Source: Octopus bimaculoides (Eukaryota). Taken from it: a stretch of 51,265 nt of DNA. Below, one piece after another: positions 26,076 to 39,747 of the stretch (within the stretch, counting starts at the first letter, position 1; each line of letters starts with the position of its first letter). The position numbers were made by a program, and so were the translations under genes. The notes below the pieces were generated by a model. The model did not search any database and was not told the origin of the DNA. It saw only the letters and a program-made list of their open reading frames with translations. The stretch is from positions 5,015,371 through 5,066,635 of the forward strand of contig NC_068990.1 in the NCBI RefSeq assembly GCF_001194135.2, given 5' to 3'.

Positions 26076-27346
26076 TCTAGGAAGGTGTCAACTTTCCTTT
26101 TTGAATTAAAATCAAAAACAAAAATGTTATAACCAACATATTTTCACTGGATTGATATCTTTTAATATTAATATAGTACTGAACAGAAAAGAAAAAAGTA
26201 AGTTGTTGAAGGATACTGGTGAATCATAGGTAACTTTCCTGGAATGACTAAAATTTACATCACATTGTTAAATGCATTATCAAGAAACAAAAAGAAATGT
26301 TTCTCTGATAATATCCATGGGATGTCATCCATTTATCCATAACCCTAAATCTATTGTCATAATCAAGATGTCTAATTAAAAAGGATAGATTGAAAAACTG
26401 AAAGTTAGTCTGAAAATAATGAATCAGATGAATTCTAAAAAATGTACACCCAAAATATTTAACATCATGAAAGTCAATAAAACAATAATGAGGACAAGGT
26501 CAGAGCTAACTGATAAAAGTCAAAAGTAAGACTCAGAAACACATAAATGACAGCAGACAAAAAGATAAAAAGTAATTGTTAAACATTTTGATATGTAACC
26601 CAAAGTATTTTTAAATTATAGAGTTAAACCAGCTTCATTTCAACATATAATTTCAACAACAATCTGTAAGATTCCCCAATAAATTATAAACTTTCCATAG
26701 ATTAAATTTAAATCTTATTATAACAGCACATATTAAACTAGCTGACCATATATTTCATTACATTTATCTCTCAATTCTGTTGGTTGATAAGTATAGAAAG
26801 AATCCTATTAAATCTATTTTTATCTAAAATCTGCAGATAAGTTTAATAACTGTAATCTTTTTAATCTATTACAGTTTTTTGTGTATAACTTTCTCGTTTA
26901 TGAAAGCTCATACAAAAATAAAATATTAGGTTGTAAAAAGAATGAGAAATTGCAAAAGATAGAAAAATAGGGACCACATACAGAATATAATGTTAAATAG
27001 TTTTTAGTAGTAATACTGCGCTGTAGTATGGTTGCTTTTATAAGCAGAAAAAATATGTAGAAATATTTTGTAAACAACGAACTTTGCTTTTGACTGTAAC
27101 TACAAAGGTATATTAAAGTTTGTTGTTAATCCTGGCTTAGTTCTAATTGATTAAACCTATGATCAAAGGCATTTGAACCATGAAAAACTTATGTTTTTTT
27201 TCCAGAACCACATTATATAAAGTGTCCTGCTTTTTGTAAGTTGGTATGGTGTGAGCTGAGTGAATATTGGCTGCTCTTTCTATTGGGTTTAGCAGCCACT
27301 GAAAGACTCTCCCATTAGCCAGTATTGTAATTAAGGCTGCAATTAA

Positions 27347-27618
27347 CCCATAAACTGCTGGGATTTTGCTGTATGTAACACGAACTACTGAGCCTATTTT
27401 GGGTAAAGATCAACATCGATCTATCACTCGAAAAAAATACTCAGTGTTTCTTAACACCTTCTCTGATTGACTACACTGTTTCTGAGGTGAAAGGGTATCG
27501 TGTGCATACATTATACGTCATCAAAATTAGGTCAGATCATGCCCTACTTCCGTGGCCATGCACGTGGCCTGTCGCACTGTTGCATTGGCCACTGAAGTAG
27601 CCTATCACAGTTTATGGG
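27347..27618. mobile_element. piggyBac-type MITE (272 bp)
   Basis: TTAA|CCCATAAACTG ... CAGTTTATGGG|TTAA: perfect 11-bp TIR with CCC/GGG ends and TTAA target site. CpG-rich interior, no ORF. Confidence 0.85.
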
Positions 27619-28607
27619 TTAAGGCTGCAATTAAGTATTGTAAAAAAATCATAATGAGATGACAATCCAGATTTGCTTGGTATATGATATAGAAATTACT
27701 ACTCCATTTTATAAATAAAATTCAAAAGAAAACTAATGAAGTTACAGATTGTAAACCCAACTGTGAACCTCAACTAAATTTATAAAACTAATACAGTAAT
27801 GTTTTGGTAAATTGCAATTTAATAAGGAATTAAATATCTTAAGAATTAATGTAACTTAAATATATGAGATCTATTTAAAAACTTTGTCTTTAGGTAAACA
27901 AAGAAACTAAAACTAATTACATAAAACCAGTTAAATTGAAATCTTGAAAATGCCAACAGTTTGAAGTTAACTGATACCTTGTTCTTGGGAATTCAGAAAT
28001 ATATAGGGAAGTATTTGATTTACATAGGCAATCCCTTTCATTTGTAAAAGTTTCATTTGGTGCACCATAAAAAAAATTACATCAGTCAATTATAAGACAT
28101 GAGATATGTAGTCAATAATAATTTACTGGATAATGTTCAAGCAACTTTGCAGAAAATGAATAAAAACTATATAAATAAATATATAAAATACTGTGAGGAG
28201 AGAAATGTTTGTAGAAACTGGAGTCAAAAGGTCAGGGGGAGAATTAATATTGATCATTGATTTATTTGTTGTATTTGCTTTTAATCATTAGTATACCTCA
28301 AACAACTATCATGATATTATGTCTACACAAAACTGTTAATTAGTGCATAGAAGGGTTACCCAAATCATATATGATTGTATATATTTGGTAATCTAATGTA
28401 GAAAAATTGTTTCAATCATCAATTGATAATTAGTTGCATCAACAAAATCAAAGACTTCATCAGAATAATCAGAAATATAAAAACATCATGGTTATACCCT
28501 ATGAAAACATTAAAGAAAAAAAAATGATTCAATGCTGAGAAACAAGGAATAGGTTTCCCATGATTTGAAAATTATAGAACTCAAATTTGATACAGCCTGA
28601 ATATCAT

Positions 28608-28930
28608 CATCACCATCATCATCATCCTTTAACGTCCGTTTTCCATGCTGGCAAGCAAGAGAGCTGCATCAGGTTACAGTGTAATTAATTTCTACAGCCC
28701 TTCTTAATGCCAACCACTTTACAATGTGTGCTGGGTGCTTTTAACATGGCACCAGCATGAGCACATTCACATGGCACTGGCATGAGTGCTTTTACAGGAC
28801 ACCAGTGTAGGGCTCTTGCAGACCAATCCTCTTCATCAGGAGAGCAACATTAACACTTCTAATGTGTAGGACGAGTCTTCTTGAGTACAACAAAGTGTCA
28901 GATAGCTTGGTCCTTTGTTATCTCAGATAT
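28608..28930 (-). mobile_element. SINE/RTE-tail family F1 copy
   Basis: (CAT)n-CCTTTAACGTCCGTTTTCCATGCTGGC...CTTCTTAATGCCAACCAC...GGGTGCTTT with internal repeat units. Confidence 0.85.
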
Positions 28931-29139
28931 CTCAGTCCAATTAATTTGCTTTAATTTTTTAACTATCTTTTAAAGATATCTGAATATTTACATCTATACA
29001 TGAAATAGACACTTCTTGCATTTTTGTTATACAAGATATTTCATCAGGCAATAGTGCCAGCACCAATTTATCTGCTTATGAAACTAAAATATACAATCTT
29101 ATGCAAACTTCTGATCAAAAACATCTAGGGCAGCTAGAA

Positions 29140-29510
29140 GTATTAGTTTCAAATTTTGGCACAAGGCCATCAATTTCGAAGGAGTAGGGCAAGTTGATTA
29201 CCTCCTTTTATTGCCTCAAAAGGATGAAAGGCAAAGTCAACCATGACAGAATTTAAACTCAGAATACAAAGACAAATGAAGCGAGAAGAAATATTGATTT
29301 CAAATTTTGGCACAAGGCCTGCAATTTTTGGAGAAGTTATAAGTTGACTACATTGACCCCAGAGCTCAAATGGTACTTATTTTATCAAACCCTGAAAGGA
29401 TGAAAGATAAAGTTAATCTTAGTGGAATTTGAACCAAGAATGTAAGGATGAATGAAATGCTAGTAAACATTTTGCCAGACATGCTAATGATTCAATCAAT
29501 TCACCACCTT
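29140..29510 (-). mobile_element. two tandem SINE family F3 copies (~29140-29270 and ~29295-29510)
   Basis: TTTCAAATTTTGGCACAAGGCC...AAAGGATGAAAG occurs twice in succession, as the reverse complement of F3. Confidence 0.85.
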
Positions 29511-30109
29511 TAAACAGAAGAAATATTAAAAACAACAAATTCAGCATATGTAATTGCATGCTATATCACAAGCTAGTAATATTTAGTGATTATGTTTTAA
29601 AACTTTTCCATTTAAAAGAAGTTATAAGGTAACAGTAATATTATCGTTAAGATTGTGAAATTGGTGGAATTAATAATTTAAAGTATTTCATTTTGTCCCC
29701 AAAATTTCAAGGTAAAACTGTTCCAACATTCAATATGCTGTTTGCATATTGCTGGTGTAGTTCCTGTTTCATCACAGGTCAACTCTAATTAGATATATCT
29801 ATGACTAAAGATCTTCCAGTTATAGAACTTTAGTCTTTTTATAGGTACAGTTTATCTAGGATTAACTTTCCACAATACCCAATATGTTCCATCTTTAACA
29901 TATTTAAGGTATGTACAACATAATAGAGATTTAGTTACTACTCTTAACAGGTCAAAAAACCCATATAGGACTTCTTTTATACTAGATTTAATATATTTAA
30001 ATTTGTTACCATAGATAGCTACATTTACTTTTGGAAGTTTTGAACTAGTGAATACGTGGGAATAAAGTAAACACAATTCCCTATAAGAATTTTGTTATTT
30101 TTCTGTCAT

Positions 30110-30150
30110 GTCCAACCCATGCTAGCATGGAAAGCGGACGTTAAACGAAC
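30110..30150 (+). mobile_element. F1 3' terminal fragment, well preserved
   Basis: GTCCAACCCATGCTAGCATGGAAAGCGGACGTTAAACGA is an exact reverse complement of the 39768-39806 region. Confidence 0.85.
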
Positions 30151-32872
30151 GAACAAGCAAGCATAATTCAAAAATTTATAACTTAGAATTTTATGCACAT
30201 TTAGCGACCAATTACTTTTATTTGAATAATTCAAGACTTTAAACAAAAGAGCAAATATTTGTAAATGTCAAACATTTTTTTACAGAATGCAATAAAATTG
30301 CTTCTTATGAAAATTGTTTTGAACATTTAAATATTAAAAAGAACTAAGGTAACACAAGATTAAAATTATTTGTTTTCTACAAATAGGGTTCCTTTCAGGA
30401 AATGTTACCTTATAATGAATTGAACAATAACCTGTGAATCACATAAAATATATACTGTTTTAATTTACATTTAATATTTCTTTAGGCAGTATAACAGCTA
30501 TTTTATCAAAATCTACACTGTCATCATCAAAGGTCAAGAGACTAAGAGGTGATGTGTTATATAGTGAATCTTTCAGTAATAATTTATAAAAATAGAATTC
30601 TGTGCTATTTTGAAAATATAATAAGATATAAAGCAAAATAGCACAACTTTTAGTATACTCTTTCATTACCTTTTCTATGGCAAGGATAGTTGTAAAAGTA
30701 TCAAACTAGAAGAAGAAATTTACTATTACACGAAAGTTGAGAATTTAATATAGATAAAAGCCACGAAAGGCAGATTTAATAATGTAATCAAACTTTACTA
30801 CTAAAGTAACTTCCTCTAAAAGTAGAACCATGGCATTCTGTAGTTTCTCCTTCAAAGTAATGTACATCCATATGAAGCAAAATGTTGGCTCAAACCTGCT
30901 GACTACTAGCTAATTAATTGCTAAACCTTGTGCTTTGGTAATCTTTCCTCAACCACCAACATTAACCCATTCTGAAGAGCTACTAAGAAGTCTATGTGCT
31001 CAGCTTTTCCTTTGAGACTAAAACATTTGGCAAATAATTGTCTGGAAGGCCATATAGTGTGATGACCAAATATCTTTTGAGACATATTCAAAGTTGAAAT
31101 ATGCTTAAATACGTCAAATTTCTTTAGTCGTTCAATAAAAGTTTTTAAAAAATCATACATAATCTTCAACTGGTTCAGATTCTAACGTATCGTTGTTTAG
31201 TTTCAATTCTTGAAATGGATTATACATGAAAATATCTAATGATTATTTTGAAGCGTAATTCATGACCTGGTACACAACTGAAACAATGTAATTAACGGTT
31301 TTTTGAAAATGAATTGAAAAATATGCTTAAGATCTTCCAAATGGCAAGAAAAAATGTAATGATTGAAAATGAAGAATATAGGCCAGGATACTATTAAATC
31401 AGTTTTATATTCAGTTCAGTTTTATATCAACAAAAATTATCATATCTGAATTGAAGGTTGGAATTTTCTTTTTAAACATTATTTACACAATACTCTAGAT
31501 ATCTAATAAAGTGTGAGAATAGAATTACTAAACCAATAAAATAAAACATTCACTGAAGATGAAAAACAAATTTCCTTGTAAATCTTTTTTATATAGTAAC
31601 TATATGGCTTGAAGTTTATCTGTGTGTTATCACATTACTCTGAATTTTCATAATGTGTTATTTATATCTCTATGTGTTAATTTAATTTGATAATTAATAG
31701 CTTTGCTTTTTGATTTCTGTATTAATTTCTATAGTGTTAGTGTCAAAATCATAAAAAAAGACAAGTGAAATATTTGAATTAACATATATGTTAACCCCAC
31801 CATGAATAGTTAATCATCCTACCATATGTAGCTTATAAACTATACAAACTTTGTCCTCCATTGAGAATGAGAGCATTGCCTAAATTAAGCTGTTCTAAAG
31901 CAGTTGCTGTTGCTTTATTGATTTAATTAAGTTATTTAAAATTGTATATTTAGAGATTTTTTCCTTTATCACACTGAATTTTTGACTCTTTAAAAGAATT
32001 ACTTCGTTTTGAAACTAAAAGCTTCTAAACAACAAAAAACAAAAACAAACAAAAACCAAAAAAAGTACAGTTAATAGTTATAATAAACTGCAAAATGTCA
32101 AAAGAAATTTTACCAGATACTTGTTTACATTAAAGAATAAGGATTCTAAATGGAAACAACTGATTTCATGGATCCGACCTTCTAATGTTATTTTAATCTT
32201 TATTGATTAATATTAAAGACAACCTAACATCAAATATAGTTAGCTTTTAAATCAAACCAAGCGTTGTGAAGCTATACCTTTTCTTAAGTAATTTCCTTCT
32301 AAAACTGGATGTGGTCTATCCGTAAAGCAAATGTTAGTTTCATCCTGCTTCCCAATTAAGAGAGATAGGGATCTTAATTGAACTATATTGATTTATTTGC
32401 ATCAAGATAGCACAGCATGTGACAATCATCATAACCACAAAATTGGCAGTTGAAGAAAATTCAACCTACAAATATTAAATGCGTATATTTGAGTCCAAGT
32501 ATCTGATACTTTAAAAGACGCCTCCCTCTCACACACACGAGTAAAGGCACCACTATATTACTAATTTAAAATAGTGTGTTTTATTGAGAAACAGGTTAAT
32601 GGTAGAAATATATAATAAAAGCAGTAGGTGAGCCAATTTCTCCTCTTTCACTTGATGTATCTACAGAAGAGTTATTATTTTATGGAGTAACCAGATTTTT
32701 GTTTATTCATTGTAATTTGATAGTGTTTAAAAAGATATTTATTGTTTTGTATGATAATGTACATTTAATAAGGTGAAAATTTGCATAGTTGAAACATATA
32801 TAATATTTATTTAAAGTTGATATCAACATATATAAGTACATAGGCACGTATGCATATATATTATATACAGGC

Positions 32873-33240
32873 ACAAGCGTGACTGTGTGGTTAAGACTGT
32901 CACTTTTCAACCATGTGGCTTCAACTTCAGTCCCACTGTCAGACAGCTTGCACAAATGTCTTCTACTATAACCCTGGGCCAACCAATGCTTTGTAGGTGA
33001 ATTTGGTAGCCTGTCATATGTGTGTGTAATGCATTTTTGTGTTTGAATTTGTACTTCTCTCAATGCCTGAGAACCAGTATTTGTTTGTTTACATCCCTGT
33101 AACTCAGTGATTCAGCAGAAGTGGCCAACAGAATAAGCATTAGGCATGGAAAGGGGAAAAAATGGGGTCAGATTGTTTGACTAAAACCTTCGAGGTGGTG
33201 CCTCAATGTAGCTGTAGTTCAATGACTGAAACAAGTAAGT
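32873..33240 (+). mobile_element. tRNA-headed SINE family F2 copy
   Basis: GCGTGACTGTGTGGTTAAG...CAACCATGTGGCTTC...TGTCTTCTACTATAACC...AATGACTGAAACAAGTAAG. Confidence 0.85.
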
Positions 33241-33712
33241 GATATACTTTACGGATGCAAGTATAAATATGCATATTCATTACTGATATACAAATATATG
33301 CAAAAGAGAAAGGAGGATAACAAATTAGACACAATATATAATTTAATTCAAAACCGAATGTAAGCCACTAATTAGCATTTTTCATGATTAGACCTCAAGC
33401 AACTGAAGATTAAGAACAAGAAACTCTGAGTCATGACTTACTTAGGTTCAATATTGAATTAATACAGATTACTCTAACTTTGCTTAATTGTTTTATTGAT
33501 TTCTCACAACTATGATGGTACTATCTGTCATATATATATAATTAGATTCTATAATTATATTCTATAATTATACTTAATATAAATTAACCATTATGCTCAT
33601 GTTAGTACACTGGCCACTGATAAATCATTGAATAATGACTTTATCCTAATTATGTATAAATATATGTGTGTGTTGGTGTGTGTGTGTGTTTGTCTGTCTG
33701 TCTGTGTAGACA

Positions 33713-34105
33713 CAGGTATAGCTGTGTAGTAAGAAGCCTGCTTCCCAATCACATGGTTCTGGGTTCAGTCTCATAGCATGGCACCATGGGCAAGTGTCTT
33801 CTACTATGGTCTCAGGCCAACCAAAGCCCTGTGAGTGGATTTGGTAGATGGAAACTGAAAGACGTCCACCATATATATATATATGTATATATGTGTGTGT
33901 TCACACTGCTTGACAACCAGTGTTGGTGTGTTTACATCCCCGCAACTTAGTAGTTTGGTTGTAAAAGCAACCAATAAAATGAGTACCAGGCTTAACAAAA
34001 TATAAATACTGGCATTAGTTCAGTTCACTAGAAATTCTTTAAGGTAGTGCCCCAGCATGGCCGCAGTCTAATCACTGAAGCAAGTAAAAATTAGAAGATA
34101 AAAAG
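33713..34105 (+). mobile_element. tRNA-headed SINE family F2 copy
   Basis: GCTGTGTAGTAAGAAGCCTGCTTCCCAATCACATGGTTCTGGGTTCAGTC...CCCAGCATGGCCGCAGTC...AAGTAAAA. Confidence 0.9.
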
Positions 34106-35124
34106 ATATATACATACATATATGTATATGTTTCTACATTTAGAGCTTCACCTAATACATCATCCCTGCTAAGCCTCCATCTTTTGTCCCATCTTTTTAT
34201 TTACCTCTCATCTGTATACTCTTCTACTCTCTATACCATGCTGCCTGTGTAACGAAAGATGATAGTGGAACTCTCCTCCTATCAACCACACCATAATGCC
34301 AGTCATTTGATCTGTCCAGTATTCGACTTATTACTATTCACTGTACTATTCCCATTTAATAAAGGATGCATTGGACCTGTGCATAGTCTACTGCAATCGT
34401 CATCAATCAAACTGTCCGTGTGAGCAAAGTAGCTATAACAGGATAGCATCACACCAGTATTTAATATGACCTATGATCATCCTTTCTCGTCTCCCATTAC
34501 TCTATGAAGCCATTTGTTATTGACATCCATCATACTCTCTTGCTATGATCAATCTCTGAGACCATTCATCATTCAATCTCTTTCTCACACTAGCAAGCAT
34601 GTAGCTACCATTACTGTCTCTCTTCTATTACTACTTCCTCTATCATTATGTCACCTTAATCATAGTTTTTCTGGTCATACTCTTCCTCCATTTACCTACT
34701 CACCATAATCCTTCTGTCATCATCTTATTCAAAATTGCTGCATTAATACTATAACAAGCAACAGAGTGATTTTTTAATTTTTTTTGCCTTAAAATTGCTG
34801 TACTTTCCACTCATTTCATATTTATAAAACGAACTAGTGCTTGTGCTGGCAAAATTAAATTAATTCTGATTTAAAATTCAAGATATTTTCCTTTTGAACA
34901 AAATGGTTAATTTTCCAGATAAGCAATTTTTTCATTGACTGCTGACTCTCACAAATTTAAGAAATTTTCATTTTAAATCATGACAGAAGAGATTCTGTGA
35001 GAATGGTTTGGTGTTGTTGACTTGCAGGTTAGTGTCAGTAAGGGAGTTTGGGTTGGTGGTGGAGTTGCAGCTTTGTAGTTGGTGTTGGTATGCATTGGGG
35101 TTGTGGTGGTGTTGCTTGTGATAG

Positions 35125-36190
35125 AGCCAAAAGAATTTCAATAGGATGGACCAATACATTAGCTTCACCACTGAACATCCAAGCAGCAATGGTTCCATCT
35201 TCTTGCTTGACCTTTGTTTAAACATCAAGGATGAGTAGTAAATTGACACAATGTTCTAATGAAAATCAGCTTGCTGTGATTTCTTCATCCATTACAAATC
35301 AGCCCTTCCCTTTGGGACTAAGACAAGCTACATGCATAACAAGATCGCCCAGATACACAAGAGATATAGTGACAACACCAGCCAGGGCACACATGTTGTT
35401 CAGTTCTTAAAGGTACTTGAGACCAACGGATACCTGACACCTGTTGTTAACTCTAGATGTATGCACAAACCAAATAAACTTGACTAAAAGGATCTCTCTA
35501 AGACCTGCTTCTTGAAGGCTCCCCACTTAAACGAGAGGATCACCTCTGCCGTTTCCAAAGTTATCTACAGAGATTCAAAGCTATCCTACTGTCTGTATGA
35601 CACCTATCAGCAAGGTGGTCACATGCAGAACACCAGCCCTGCACACTGGTGAACTGCCCTATTCGCAAGACTAACATGTGCATAGGTACATATGTAGTAT
35701 ACCAGTTATGGTGTTCCAAATGCAAACCACTCCACGTCCAAATGAAGGGAGCATGTCACTACCAATGCATCTCCCTTCCACAAACACTTAACCAAATGTG
35801 ACAATACCACTCGTCTCAAGGAGGAACACAGGAAATTTTCATATCACGAAAGCTATATTGATTCACTGCCTCAACCCAAAAAGCTACAGTTGACCCGAAA
35901 TGAGTTGGTAGCTCCTATGAATACATTATGGCAACTATGACCAATATCATAACATCTGCCACCAACACTGTCTCCCACCACCACCACATGAAAATACATC
36001 ACAGTCAAGAGTTGGAGGGTTGCTACTGCTGTTAATCCAAATGCCAAGCAGTTTAAAATTAAATAACGAAATTGATGTAAATACATTTCTTGGACTGCTT
36101 CCATCTGAAGATAGGCTTTCACACTTGAAATATAAAGGTTTTAGTATAACTTTCTGCATTGTTAGAAGCTTTTTTCATTTCCTATTTCTT
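35125..36190 (+). mobile_element. Penelope-like retroelement remnant (RT C-terminus/thumb, GIY-YIG endonuclease, 3' pseudo-LTR)
   Basis: FNRMDQYISFTTEHPSSNGSIFLLDLCL...DFFIHYKSALP...VLETNGY resembles the PLE FT.E....G.LPFLD...YLHY.SAHP...NGYP segment. PCTLVNCPIRKTNMCIGTYVVYQLWCSKC (35640-35723) resembles the Cys-rich linker plus VVY..C..C of the PLE GIY-YIG, followed by EHVTTNASPFHKHL. Many stops and frameshifts. Confidence 0.8.
36099..36138 (+). ncRNA. minimal hammerhead motif at the PLE 3' end, helix II degenerate
   Basis: CCAT-CTGAAGA-T-AGGCTTTCACACTT-GAAA-TATA-AAGG. Both core boxes are intact and the spacing equals that of the 25724 copy. Confidence 0.65.
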
Positions 36191-36197
36191 TTCTACT

Positions 36198-36198
36198 C

Positions 36199-36229
<31 letters not shown>

Positions 36230-36318
36230 TGTATGTATGTATGTATGTATGCATGTATGTATGGTATGTATGCATGTATGTATGGTATGTATGCATGTAT
36301 GTATGGTATGTATGCATA
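36198..36318. repeat. (TATG)n plus higher-order 21-bp unit (ATGTATGCATGTATGTATGGT) x3
   Basis: Seen directly, immediately 3' of the PLE remnant. Confidence 0.9.
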
Positions 36319-38454
36319 TAATCAAACAGTAAATGTATGACTGGTTGGGGTAATCAAGCATCTTGTAGGAAAGTGCAATTTTAAAACAAGAGCTTGTGTA
36401 ATGAGATAATAGCTGGTGTAATTAGATTTTCATGAATAATGGAAATCCTTTTTTTGAATATATATATCCAATTGACATTGGAAAAAAGTTCCATTCATGT
36501 TTTGCAGTAAGCAATGTTTAAACTTGTCATATTTTGAGATGATCAGTTTTTGTCTTGCCAAATAAACACGTGCACTATATATTTGTTCTTTGCCCATTTA
36601 TTATTGTTCTTATTTTATCTTATATCCATTGTCTGGAAATTTTTCATCACACATCTGTGTCCTCTTCAGTGACTCAGCCATCCGACTTTCTATTCTGTTT
36701 AGTCCATTCTCATTAAATAAAAACAATAATAAATAAGTGAAGAATGAACATATAGTGCATGTGATTATTTGGCAACAAAAAAAAAACAATATGACCATTC
36801 CAAAATATAACAATATCTATTTCAACACATGATTTCACATCAGGAATCTTGAAAAACAAATTCATAAATGTAATGTTAAACTTGGTTATTTCTGAAATGG
36901 CCCATCATTTAACTTTTATATAATTTCATGTGAACATCCACCTATTTTTGCCAGTTCAAAAATCTCTGTAAATAGTTTATCACTTGTAGTATTACAGTCA
37001 TATAAAATCATAAAACAAATAAATTACTTTATTACAAGTAATATGTAACTTAGGTGAAAATAGAATTTAACTGATGATTAAAGCAGATGGTAAGTATCAG
37101 TTGTGAAGTCAGAAACAAGGGATGGATAATTTATTGACTTTGCTGAGGAAAATGCAGAACAGTAGACTGTTGCAAAACTGATCAAAATACACCTAGGAAA
37201 GAACTAAAAATAAATTGTACTTAGAAATGATAAAAGATTTGATTCTTCTGATGGAAGTATTCTGAGGAAGTGCAGTAAAATCACAATTTAATATATTTCT
37301 TCACTCATGCACAAGTAATGTTTTCATAATAATTTGCTTATTGTAGTTGTAAGAACTTTTACTTAACATTTTCAAGATGCTCTTATAATTGATTAACTGA
37401 GAAGAGGTCAAAGAAACAAATAAACTCATAGTTGTAATGAGAAGCTGACAGTGCATGATCAAGACGAAATAAAAAAAAAATAATAAAAAAATGATAAAGG
37501 CTATGATTTAGGTCATAATGTCAGCAATAACAGAAGGGCTTCTTCAGTAACACAGTAAAGTTAAGAGAAATTTTAGTTGGAAAAACAATATAAATGATTG
37601 AAAGATAATCAGAAACATTAGGTGTAGAAATGTTCCTTTACAGTTATTTTCCAATATAGGAATTATTTTCAGTGCCAACAGGAAACTTTTAGGAAGAAAA
37701 TCAAAAGGATGAGCAACAGAATCAATGTTAAGAATATGTTCCAAATTTAAGATGACATCACTGGCAATTAATTATCTCCTGTTCTAAATATACTGTAGAC
37801 TTGAATGTGGAAAAAATTAAAACCAGAAAGACTAAACATAATATTTTCTCTAATGTTTTTTTATAATTTGATGTGAGTTATTGCATTGAAACTGTGGTGT
37901 AGCTCTATGTACAATATTATTAAATTTACATACCAAAGTGTTTGGTTTTTCCTGAGTTTATTTATTTTTTGTTGTGTCAATTTCCTTCGCCTATAAAATT
38001 TACATCTCATATTATCAATCAACCATATATTTGTTGTATTCTGGACTGACTAGTAAATTCTGATGTCACAAAGTACTTTTTATATAGGAAAAGGGGAAAG
38101 TGAAAATGTTTCATTTTATTTTTATAAGAATAAGCTAGCAGCACCCATGAACATCCCACAATTATTCTGAAAACTATAAAATACCTGGAAATTTATTAAG
38201 AACCATAAAGTATGTAATTGTTTTTGAAATTGTATCTTGTTTGAAACATTTGATTATTTAGATGATATAACAGTTCATATAGGTAGTATTAAATGTGCAG
38301 TCTTATGAAATAAAATTTCTGGAAGCTATATTCCTTCTTATGCATTTATCACCTCTTCTACCTTGTGAAGTATCATCATTTTTCACTTGACATCAAGAAA
38401 TAATCACTCTCAACACTAGAATAAAATTGATGGCATTATGTATTAAGCCTCACA

Positions 38455-38822
38455 GAGGGGATGACAGAGGACTGACGCTCTTGGTAGTTTGCTGTGCTTG
38501 AGAAGCCATGTCAAGCAAAGAAAAAGTGTGGTTGTCTTTGCATACAGGCATATCCCCTTCATCCCTCTTGAGCTGAGCATTCTTTATCTCGCAGACTCAT
38601 GGGTGCTGGTGCCATATAAAATGTACCCACCCGGTGCTGTGTAAAAGCATCCAGTACAAAGGGGTTGGCATTTGGAAGGACATTCCGCCATAGAAACCAT
38701 ACCAAAACAGACATGGAGCCTGGGCAGCTCTTCAGCTGGCCAACTCCTGTCAAACCATCCAATTCATGCCAGCATGGAAAACAGACATTAAATGATTATG
38801 ATGATGATAATGATCATGATGA
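38455..38822 (+). mobile_element. SINE/RTE-tail family F1 copy with (GAT)n tail
   Basis: GTTGGCATTTGGAAGGACATTC...GCCAGCATGGAAAACAGACATTAAATGATTATGATGATG. Confidence 0.85.
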
Positions 38823-38879
38823 CTTACCCTAGCGTTACACAAACGGTATATTGAAATGTACTATTGTAGTAATATATAT

Positions 38880-39100
38880 AGCGGATGGATAAGGTGGTTT
38901 GACAGAATCATTAGCATGCTGGGCAAGATGCTTAGCTGCATTGCATTCATCTTTATGTTCTGAATTCAAATTCCTTCAAGGACGACTTGCCTTTCAACCT
39001 TTCAGGGTTAATAGAATAAGTACCAGTTGAGCACTGGGGTCAATTTACTCGAGTTACTTTCTCCCTCAAAATTACTAGCCTTGTGTGAAAATTTGAAACC
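38880..39100 (+). mobile_element. SINE family F3 copy
   Basis: GACAGAATCATTAGCATGCTGGGCAAGATGCTTAG...AATAAGTACCAGTTGAGCACTGGGGTC...AAAATTTGAAACC. Confidence 0.85.
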
Positions 39101-39747
39101 AATATATAGAGAGTGGTTTTACATATACATTTAGCTATAATCATGTGTATACGAGTTGGTAAATATTATTAACATTTTTTAAACTTATATTCAAAGCATT
39201 TAATTCATATTTTTGGGTAAGCCTTTGTATTTTGGGCTATTTATTGCATAACTTCAGTGAAATATTGTACAAAGAACACAAAAATGAATTTTAAATTCTA
39301 AAAGTATATCTAGGAAACATATTAATGTCCTTTTGGCAAACTTTTCATAAAGTTTATTAATTTTGAATCCATGAAGCTAAAACTATACAAATACAATATA
39401 AAAATCTTTGTATTGTTATCAGTGTAATTAACAGATATAATTTGCAAGCAACAATTGGTTAATGATTAGAGAAGAAACAAAAGAAAATTATCATTTTAAT
39501 GTTCTTCATTAAATCTTTCTCTATATGTATGATAAATATATGATGAAAATCTCTGTTTTTCTACAATCATAGCACCCAATAATTGGAAATTTTGAAACCA
39601 TTTTTCAAGCTGCTTATTTTGGAATACTAAGCTTTAAAAGATTTGTTTGTAATTCTATGATTATCTATTTGCAAAGTAAATATTTTTCTTGCTTGGTGAA
39701 TCATGATAGAAAATGATAACATTAATAATAAATATATATAAAACCAA

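Noticed and set aside
29845-29908. 64-nt plus-strand candidate exon GTVYLGLTFHNTQYVPSLTYL
   Set aside because: Good splice signals, but no recognisable domain or phase-compatible neighbours. Such matches are expected by chance in AT-rich DNA.
38828-38860. Micro-exon-like matches (also 13367-13396, 41759-41775, 50236-50250)
   Set aside because: They cannot be assembled into a coherent protein, and the background rate is high.
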